Below are positions 50,500 through 57,492 of a stretch of 64,000 nucleotides of DNA, in pieces. The stretch is from contig AZYC01000001.1 of assembly GCA_000513075.1 (NCBI GenBank), forward strand, positions 11,624 to 75,623, given 5' to 3'. The DNA is from an alpha proteobacterium SCGC AAA288-G21 (lineage in GTDB: Bacteria > Pseudomonadota > Alphaproteobacteria > Pelagibacterales > Pelagibacteraceae). Both the position numbers and the translations under genes were made by a program. The notes under the pieces were generated by a model. It did no database searches. It was not told where the DNA came from and saw only the letters and a list, made by a program, of their open reading frames with translations. Position 1 is the first letter of the stretch. Each line of letters opens with the position of its first letter.

Positions 50500-50579
50500 C
50501 TTGAGGCAACTCAATTTAAACCTAGGTATTTAATTTGTGCACCTGACAATTGTCGAAGCACTAAACAAAAAGGAGAAAA

Positions 50580-51482
50580 ATGAAAAAAATACTAGTAACA
50601 ATCTTTTTCTTTATTTTTAGCTTTACTGTTTTTGCAGCAGAACCATTGGTAGATACAAAATGGTTGAATGATAATTTGAAAAATAAAGAAGTTTTTGTTT
50701 TAGATATTCGAAACAAAATCGATAAAGGTTCTTATGAAACGTTTACACAAGGTCATATTCCAGGCTCCATACATTCCGATTATCTTCAAGACGGATGGAG
50801 AACAAAAGTTGAAGAAATTATCGGACAATTGCCCCCCGTTAAAGATCTTGAACTATTAATCGGTAGTCTTGGAATTGGTAATAAAAATCATGTAATTGTT
50901 GTTTACGGCGGAGTTAGTTCAAGTGATTTTGGCAGTGCCTCAAGAGTCTATTGGACGTTTAAAACTTTGGGCCATGACGAAGTATCCATCTTAAATGGTG
51001 GCTATAAAGCTTGGGAGTCTTCAGGTTTTAAAATTGAAACTGGCGAGCATAATCCGAAACTCGCAAAGTTTATAGCTAACTATACTGACAAGTATTATGC
51101 TAATGCTGACGATGTTATTAAAGTTATCGAGAATACTAACATTGGCTTGATTGATGCCAGACCTGCTGCTTTCTTTGTTGGAGAAAAGAAAAAGAAGCAA
51201 GCTTTAAGAGCAGGAAGAATTAAAAATTCTTTTAACTTAGAGCAACAAACTTTGGTTAACGAAGATGGTACCTTTAAATCGGTAGAGGAAATTAAGATAC
51301 TAATTTCACAAGCGGGTTTGAATGGTAAAGACGGTTACATATCCTACTGTAACACAGGGCACTGGGCTTCCATACCATGGTTTGCTTTAAGTGAAATAGC
51401 TAAAGAACCAAATGTTAAGAACTACGACGGCTCTATGGTTGATTGGACATTTGATCCTAATAGAGAAGTTATAAAAGGATAA
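50580..51482 (+). CDS. Periplasmic two-domain rhodanese (thiosulfate/3-mercaptopyruvate sulfurtransferase family)
   Basis: 300 aa. Signal peptide MKKILVTIFFFIFSFTVFA/AEP and active-site loop YCNTGHWAS in the second domain. A strong AGGAG Shine-Dalgarno precedes it. Confidence 0.88.
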   Translation: MKKILVTIFFFIFSFTVFAAEPLVDTKWLNDNLKNKEVFVLDIRNKIDKGSYETFTQGHIPGSIHSDYLQDGWRTKVEEIIGQLPPVKDLELLIGSLGIGNKNHVIVVYGGVSSSDFGSASRVYWTFKTLGHDEVSILNGGYKAWESSGFKIETGEHNPKLAKFIANYTDKYYANADDVIKVIENTNIGLIDARPAAFFVGEKKKKQALRAGRIKNSFNLEQQTLVNEDGTFKSVEEIKILISQAGLNGKDGYISYCNTGHWASIPWFALSEIAKEPNVKNYDGSMVDWTFDPNREVIKG

Positions 51483-51501
51483 TTTGAGAAATTAGCTATA
51501 G

Positions 51502-51565
51502 TCAGAAAAAGGGGGGGGGACGTATTCCTCGTTATTTTATTAAGTTTTATCTCCTCCTTTTCTGA
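51502..51565 (+). promoter_or_regulatory. Long intercistronic hairpin containing a G9 tract
   Basis: TCAGAAAAAGGGGGGGGG (51502-51519) pairs with TCTCCTCCTTTTCTGA (51550-51565). That gives about 17 pairs including G-U, one bulged A and a loop of about 30 nt. It lies between the rhodanese and yeeE genes. Confidence 0.5.
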
Positions 51566-51592
51566 TCTAAATAAATCATATAACTTTTCAAT

Positions 51593-52759
51593 ATGATACA
51601 AACAAAAAAAATTGATTTTTTCATACTTTCATTTGGTTTAGTCAGTTCGATTTTTTTAGTATGTTTTTTCAAACAGATAATTAATTTCCAACATTCTTTG
51701 ATATTTGTAATAGGTCTGTTGTTAGGACTTACTTTATATCACGCTTCGTTTGGATTTACTGGCGGTTGGAGAAATTTTATAGAACGTTCTGATAGCAGCG
51801 CTCTTAGAGCGCAATTTTTAATGTTGGTATTTGCAATTCTTTTATTTTCAGGATTTGTAAATTCAAAAAGTATATTCTATGGAAATCCAATTGTAGGTTC
51901 TGTGGCTCCCACAAATGTTTCATTAATAATTGGTTCATTTATTTTTGGTTTAGCTATGCAACTTGCAGGTGGATGTGGATCAGGGACACTTTATACAGTG
52001 GGCGGAGGAAATACTAAAATGCTTATTACATTGATATTTTTTATTATTGGCTCTTTAGTTGGAACTTATAATTTTACTTTTTGGATTGAATTACCCACTT
52101 TAGGAAACATATCTTTATTAGATAAATTTGGAATTATTAATTCAATCATAATTCAATTAATCTTTATTGTTTTGTTGTACCTAATTTTTTCATATGTAGA
52201 TAAAAAGAAAAATAATATTGTCGATCATAGCGATATTTTTAAATCTAGTAATTTTAATATTATCAAAGGTTCTTGGCCGTTATTTCTGGGAGCAGTTTTA
52301 TTGGCAATATTAAATTTTTTAATGCTCAATGTTGCTGGACATCCTTGGTCTGTTACTTTTGCCTTTGGGTTATGGGGTGCAAAAATTGCAGATTTTATAG
52401 GAATAAATGTTGCAAGTTGGGATTTTTGGAATTTTCAATATCCAAAAGTAGCGTTAAGAAATAGTATTTTTGCAGACCATACTTCTATATCTAATATTGG
52501 AATAATATTAGGTGCTTTAATTGCATCGGGTTTAGCAGGTTCATTCAATAATAAAAATAGGATCAAAACAAAGATTATTTTTGCCGCAATGCTTGGAGGT
52601 TTTTTTATGGGATTTGGTGCAAGACTTGCATTTGGTTGTAATATTGGGGCCCTTTTTAGTGGTATTGCTTCTGGAAGTTTACATGGTTGGATTTGGTTTC
52701 TATTTGCTTTCATAGGAACTTATTTTGGGGTGAAATTAAGAAGGTTATTTTATACATGA
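51593..52759 (+). CDS. yeeE: YeeE/YedE (TsuA-like) sulfur-compound/thiosulfate transporter family protein
   Basis: 388 aa, polytopic. Two conserved Cys loops, QLAGGCGSGTLY and LAFGCNIGALF, typical of the Sulf_transp family. Confidence 0.85.
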   Translation: MIQTKKIDFFILSFGLVSSIFLVCFFKQIINFQHSLIFVIGLLLGLTLYHASFGFTGGWRNFIERSDSSALRAQFLMLVFAILLFSGFVNSKSIFYGNPIVGSVAPTNVSLIIGSFIFGLAMQLAGGCGSGTLYTVGGGNTKMLITLIFFIIGSLVGTYNFTFWIELPTLGNISLLDKFGIINSIIIQLIFIVLLYLIFSYVDKKKNNIVDHSDIFKSSNFNIIKGSWPLFLGAVLLAILNFLMLNVAGHPWSVTFAFGLWGAKIADFIGINVASWDFWNFQYPKVALRNSIFADHTSISNIGIILGALIASGLAGSFNNKNRIKTKIIFAAMLGGFFMGFGARLAFGCNIGALFSGIASGSLHGWIWFLFAFIGTYFGVKLRRLFYT

Positions 52760-52935
52760 AATCACTAATATTTATTTTGATTTTTTGTTTTTTTATTTTT
52801 CTTGGATATTTAGATCACACCAAATATGGTATTGTTTATAATCCCTTTGCCCATCACAGTTTAAAATTAGATAAAAATAAAAGTGGAAAAAAACAGATTT
52901 TTAGTGCACCCTGTTCAGAATTTGGTGGAGGATAA
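52756..52935 (+). CDS. Small hydrophobic-N-terminus protein of 59 aa ending ..APCSEFGGG
   Basis: The ATG overlaps the yeeE stop (ATGA). N-terminal signal/TM-like MKSLIFILIFCFFIFLGYL, a single C-terminal Cys and a Gly-Gly-Gly terminus. Coding status is inferred from coupling only. Confidence 0.4.
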   Translation: MKSLIFILIFCFFIFLGYLDHTKYGIVYNPFAHHSLKLDKNKSGKKQIFSAPCSEFGGG

Positions 52936-52948
52936 GTAACTCTTAAAA

Positions 52949-53332
52949 ATGATTAAACAAATACCCAGTAAAGAAATAAAGGAATATCTAAAAAAGAATC
53001 CTAAATGTATATTGCTAGATGTAAGGACAAAAGAAGAATGGGACACAATTGGTAAACCCGACGGAGAGAAAATAGGATTAAAAACCTATTTTTTGTCAAT
53101 ACAAATTGGTGAAGAAAGAATTTTTAATGAAAATTTTATACAGGAATTTAAAAATTTAAACATTGGTCAAGATCATGAAATCTTGAACATGTGTAGATCG
53201 GGTGGCAGATCTCAAGTAGTGGCCGAATTACTAACTAAAGAGAATTATACTTGCTCAAATATTTCCGACGGTTTTGAAGGCAATCAAGAAAATGTTGGCT
53301 GGAAAAATTGTGATTTGCCATGTCAAAAATAG
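52949..53332 (+). CDS. Cytoplasmic single-domain rhodanese
   Basis: 127 aa. ..ILLDVRTKEEW.. and active-site loop MCRSGGRS. Confidence 0.88.
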   Translation: MIKQIPSKEIKEYLKKNPKCILLDVRTKEEWDTIGKPDGEKIGLKTYFLSIQIGEERIFNENFIQEFKNLNIGQDHEILNMCRSGGRSQVVAELLTKENYTCSNISDGFEGNQENVGWKNCDLPCQK

Positions 53333-54504
53333 ATCTGAAAGGTAAAAATTCTAAATTAATTCATGGGGCTTTAAATAAAACGCATTTTAGGGAACAATCA
53401 GAAAGTCTCTTTTTGACTTCTGGATTCGTATATCAGAGCGCTGAACAAGCGGAAGCAATTTTTAAAGGAGATGAAACGGGATTTCAGTATACACGATATG
53501 CCAACCCAACAATTGATACATTTGAAAAAAGAATGGCGCTAATAGATGGTTCGGAAAGTTGTTTTGCTACAGCAAGCGGAATGGCTGCAGTTTTTGGTTC
53601 TATGATGTGTCAACTACAAGCTGGGGACCATGTTGTATCAGCCACCGCTTTATTTGGATCCTGCAGGGAGATTATAAAAAATATAATTACAAGATATGGA
53701 ATAAAAGTATCTTTTGTTGATGGAAAAAATATAAAAAGTTGGGAAAAAGAGATTAAATCTAATACGAAAATTTTCTTTTTTGAAACTCCATCCAATCCTT
53801 GTTTAGAACTAGTTGATATGGAAGCTGTATGTAAACTAGCAAAAAAAAATAATATAAAAGTGATCGTTGATAATATTTTGGTATCACCCGTTTTGCAAAA
53901 CCCATCAAAGTTTGGAGCAGATATTATTGTATATTCGGGCACCAAACATATTGATGGTCAAGGAAGAACAATGGGAGGAGCAATTTTAAGTTCAGAAAAA
54001 TTTAGGGAAGAAATCCTAAAGCCTTTTCTAAGACATACGGGTCCATGTATTAGTCCATTCAATGCTTGGGTTTTATCAAAAGGACTAGAAACAGTTCATC
54101 TAAGAGTGGTTGAACAATCAAAAACTACTGAAAAAATGGTGGAATTTTTATCTGAACATAACAAAGTTGACTCTGTGAATTATCCATTTAAAAAAAATCA
54201 TGCACAATATGAACTTGCAAAAAAACAGCAGAAGATGGGAGGAAATGTTTTAAGTTTTTATATCAAAGGCGAAAAAAAAGAGGCGTTTAATTTTTTAAAT
54301 AATCTAAAAATGATTGATATTTGTAATAATTTGGGAGATACAAAATCTTTAGCCATTCATCCAGCAACCACAACACACAGGATTTTAACCGATGAAGAAA
54401 GAAGTGATCAAAACATTTGTGATAATTTAGTTAGGCTCTCCGTTGGATTAGAGGATTTTGAAGATATTAAAAACGATTTAGATCAAGCATTAAGCTCCAT
54501 ATAA
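53320..54504 (+). CDS. metZ: O-succinylhomoserine sulfhydrylase (Cys/Met-metabolism PLP enzyme)
   Basis: 394 aa. ..TRYANPTIDTFEKRMALIDGSE.. and PLP-lysine motif YSGTKHIDGQGR. The start overlaps the rhodanese 3' end by 13 nt. Confidence 0.88.
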   Translation: MSKIDLKGKNSKLIHGALNKTHFREQSESLFLTSGFVYQSAEQAEAIFKGDETGFQYTRYANPTIDTFEKRMALIDGSESCFATASGMAAVFGSMMCQLQAGDHVVSATALFGSCREIIKNIITRYGIKVSFVDGKNIKSWEKEIKSNTKIFFFETPSNPCLELVDMEAVCKLAKKNNIKVIVDNILVSPVLQNPSKFGADIIVYSGTKHIDGQGRTMGGAILSSEKFREEILKPFLRHTGPCISPFNAWVLSKGLETVHLRVVEQSKTTEKMVEFLSEHNKVDSVNYPFKKNHAQYELAKKQQKMGGNVLSFYIKGEKKEAFNFLNNLKMIDICNNLGDTKSLAIHPATTTHRILTDEERSDQNICDNLVRLSVGLEDFEDIKNDLDQALSSI

Positions 54505-54516
54505 GGAAAAATTAAT

Positions 54517-54930
54517 ATGAATATTATAAATTTTACACCGCAATCTGCTTTTTTAGGAGGAATAATAATAGGCTTGGCTGTAATAATATTTTTTATTGGA
54601 AACGGTCGATTAGCGGGCATTAGCGGCATTGTAAATGATACTCTTGTTTCAAAACAAAACAGAACTGATAACTTTTTATTTGTTATCGGGTTAGTTTTGG
54701 GGCCAATTTTTTATATATTTCTTACAAAAATTGATATTCCTTTTTTAATAACGTCATCGCTACCAATAATTATTAGTGCTGGCCTTTTAGTTGGCATAGG
54801 AACAAAAATTGGAAGCGGTTGTACAAGTGGTCATGGAATCTGCGGTATTAGTCGGTTGTCACTAAGGTCTATTACAGCAACGATCATTTTTATGATTACA
54901 GCAATAATAACAGTTAAGTTAATTGGATAA
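54517..54930 (+). CDS. Half-size YeeE/YedE family membrane protein (PmpA-like)
   Basis: 137 aa, 4 TM. Conserved GSGCTSGHGICG loop. Confidence 0.8.
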   Translation: MNIINFTPQSAFLGGIIIGLAVIIFFIGNGRLAGISGIVNDTLVSKQNRTDNFLFVIGLVLGPIFYIFLTKIDIPFLITSSLPIIISAGLLVGIGTKIGSGCTSGHGICGISRLSLRSITATIIFMITAIITVKLIG

Positions 54931-54934
54931 AACA

Positions 54935-55369
54935 ATGATATCTAGAATTATATCTCTTATTAGTGGAACAATTTTTGGTGTTGGTTTGTCCGTTTCTAAC
55001 ATGATCAATCCAGAAAAAGTTCTAGGATTTTTAGATTTATTTGGTCAGTGGGATCCCTCTTTAATTTTTGTGATGTTGGGTGCAATTATCGTAAGTGCTC
55101 CAGTTTTTTTTCTATATAGAAATAAAAACAAACCTTTATTTGCTGACAATTTCTCTATTTCGACTTTAAAGTCTATTGATAAAAATTTAATTATCGGTTC
55201 TGGTACGTTTGGCATTGGATGGGGGATGGTTGGATTTTGTCCGGGCCCAGCAATATCATCTCTTGCTTTATTAAATACTTATTCAGTGTTTTTTGTATTA
55301 TCTATGTTAGGAGGATTTTTATTAACTAAATTATTAGATAGAATAATTATTCCAACTCAACACACATAG
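54935..55369 (+). CDS. Half-size YeeE/YedE-related membrane protein (PmpB-like)
   Basis: About 144 aa counting from ATG 54935 (the ORF-track start is TTG 54923). Conserved GFCPGPA loop. The 3' end overlaps the convergent thiolase gene by 23 nt. Confidence 0.78.
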   Translation: MISRIISLISGTIFGVGLSVSNMINPEKVLGFLDLFGQWDPSLIFVMLGAIIVSAPVFFLYRNKNKPLFADNFSISTLKSIDKNLIIGSGTFGIGWGMVGFCPGPAISSLALLNTYSVFFVLSMLGGFLLTKLLDRIIIPTQHT

Positions 55370-56519
55370 CTATACCCATTCCACCTCCAACACATAAGGT
55401 AACCAGTCCTTTTTGAGTTTTTCGTTTTTGCATTTCATGAATTAGTGTTACCAATATTCTAGCTCCCGAAGATCCTATTGGATGTCCTAATGCAATCGCT
55501 CCACCATTCACATTAACCTTGTTAATTATCCAACCCATTTCTTTATTTACAGCAATAGCCTGTGCAGCAAATGCTTCGTTAGATTCTATTAAATCTAATT
55601 CATTTTTTTTCCATCCAGCTTTTTTAAGGGCAAGTCTAGATGCTGGAATAGGTCCCGTGCCCATAATTGAAGGATCTACTCCACATTGTGCCCAAGAAAC
55701 AATTTTAGCTAATGGTTCGATATTCTTTGTTTTAGCCATTGCAGCTGTCATTAAACAAATAGCGGCAGCCCCATCATTAATACCTGATGCATTTCCTGCA
55801 GTAACAGTACCGTCTTTTTTAAATGTTGGTTTTAATGTTGCTAGTTTTTCAACAGATGATTCCGCTCTTGGGAATTCGTCTTTATCAAAAGTAATATCTT
55901 TACTTATTTCTACAGGAACAATTTCATTCACAAATTTTTTTTCTTTAATCGCTGTGATAGCCTTTTTTTGAGAATCGGCTGCAAAAATATCTTGTTCTTC
56001 TCGTCTGATTTGAAATTTTTCAGCAATATTTTCAGCCGTTATTCCCATATGATAGTGATTATAAACATCCCATAATCCATCAATAATCATTGTGTCTTTC
56101 ATTTTATTATCGTTTATTTTTTTATCTTTACGAAGATTGATATAATGAGGAGAATTACTCATGCTTTCCTGACCTCCAGCGATTATTATTTTGCCATCTC
56201 CACATTTAATGGAGTTATATGCTAAGGCAACAGATGCAAGTCCTGATCCACAAACTTGATTGACTGTTGTGTTAGTCGTTTCATTTGGAAGCCCTGCAAA
56301 AATAGTTGATTGTCTGGCAGGATTTTGCCCTACTCCAGCAGTTAAAACTTGACCCATGTATACCATGTCAACTTCTTCTTTTTTAAGACCGGAATCCTGA
56401 ACACATTTTTTTATTACAGTAGAACCAAGTTCTGGTGCTGTTTTTGAAGAAAGAGATCCGTTAAATGAACCAATTGCTGTTCTAAATGCACTTGTTATTA
56501 CTATATCATCACTTTTCAT
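55347..56519 (-). CDS. Acetyl-CoA C-acetyltransferase (thiolase II)
   Basis: 390 aa. Active-site NQVCGSGL and the C-terminal CVGGGMGIAMC thiolase signature. Confidence 0.95.
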   Translation of the reverse strand: MKSDDIVITSAFRTAIGSFNGSLSSKTAPELGSTVIKKCVQDSGLKKEEVDMVYMGQVLTAGVGQNPARQSTIFAGLPNETTNTTVNQVCGSGLASVALAYNSIKCGDGKIIIAGGQESMSNSPHYINLRKDKKINDNKMKDTMIIDGLWDVYNHYHMGITAENIAEKFQIRREEQDIFAADSQKKAITAIKEKKFVNEIVPVEISKDITFDKDEFPRAESSVEKLATLKPTFKKDGTVTAGNASGINDGAAAICLMTAAMAKTKNIEPLAKIVSWAQCGVDPSIMGTGPIPASRLALKKAGWKKNELDLIESNEAFAAQAIAVNKEMGWIINKVNVNGGAIALGHPIGSSGARILVTLIHEMQKRKTQKGLVTLCVGGGMGIAMCVELE

Positions 56520-56538
56520 AATTTTTTCTTTCTATTAA

Positions 56539-57492
56539 TTAATTAACCATATTTTTACAAATGCCAGTTTTAAAATATTCTTCAATATTATCGATTGCTA
56601 AATCGGCCATGGCAGTTCTAGTTTTCATTGTTGCACTGCCCAAATGAGGTAGAATAAAAACATTTGGTTGATTTAGATATCCTGGGTGGATATTTGGTTC
56701 ACCTTTATAAACATCCAAACCCAATGAAAAAATTCTTTTACTTATTAAAGCTTGAACCATATCTTCATCATCAATCATATCACCTCTCGCACTATTGGTA
56801 ATAATGGCTCCTTTGGGAAAAAATTCTAAAGTTTCTTTATTTATTATATTTGTTGTTTCCGGTGTTGCTGGACAATTGATTGATAAAATATCTGATACAG
56901 AAAATAAACTTTTAATACTATCATGATAATTTGCTCCTGCTTCTAAATCTGTTTTTAATCTTGTCCTATTGTGATAATGGATTTGCATTCCAAATGCTTT
57001 TGCCCTTAAAGAAACCGCTCTACCAATTCTACCCATTCCTAAGATTCCTAATCTGGAACCCTCAAGCTGCTTGCCTATAAGAAAATCAACAGACCATTTC
57101 CAATTTTTATTTCTTGCCCATTTTAATCCTTCAGAAGCCCTTCTTGCCGCGCCAAGAATTAACAACATAGCTATTTCTGCTGTTGCATCTGTTAAAATAT
57201 CTGGAGTATTGGTTATAATAACGTTTTTTTTTCTTGCTGCTTTTATATCAATATTTCCAAAGCCAACTGCAAAATTAGATATAATTTTGACAGAATCTGG
57301 AAGTTTGTTAATGGTTTCCTCATCAATTTTATCTAATATTGAACTTAAAATTCCATCACAGTCTTTACTTAATTCTATTAATTTATTTTGTGAGTAAACT
57401 TCATCATTTAAATTGAATTTGGCATCCCAAAGTTTGGACATTCTTTCTTCATTGGATCTTAATAATTTTCTTGTAATTAAAACTTTTTTCAT
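56539..57492 (-). CDS. D-isomer-specific 2-hydroxyacid dehydrogenase (glyoxylate/hydroxypyruvate reductase-like)
   Basis: The start is set at MKKVLITRKL (ATG 57492), overlapping the glcF stop as ATGA. NAD motif GILGMGRIGRAV. Confidence 0.88.
   Translation of the reverse strand: MKKVLITRKLLRSNEERMSKLWDAKFNLNDEVYSQNKLIELSKDCDGILSSILDKIDEETINKLPDSVKIISNFAVGFGNIDIKAARKKNVIITNTPDILTDATAEIAMLLILGAARRASEGLKWARNKNWKWSVDFLIGKQLEGSRLGILGMGRIGRAVSLRAKAFGMQIHYHNRTRLKTDLEAGANYHDSIKSLFSVSDILSINCPATPETTNIINKETLEFFPKGAIITNSARGDMIDDEDMVQALISKRIFSLGLDVYKGEPNIHPGYLNQPNVFILPHLGSATMKTRTAMADLAIDNIEEYFKTGICKNMVN

Noticed and set aside
50462-50533. A 23-codon upstream ORF (MILLGHRNSRWFFLRQLNLNLGI*) spans the leader terminator hairpin. 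It could be a leader peptide for classical attenuation.
   Set aside because: It has no Shine-Dalgarno and no enrichment of Cys or Met (or any other single regulatory codon). An ORF of this size is expected by chance. An RNA-structure mechanism seems more plausible.
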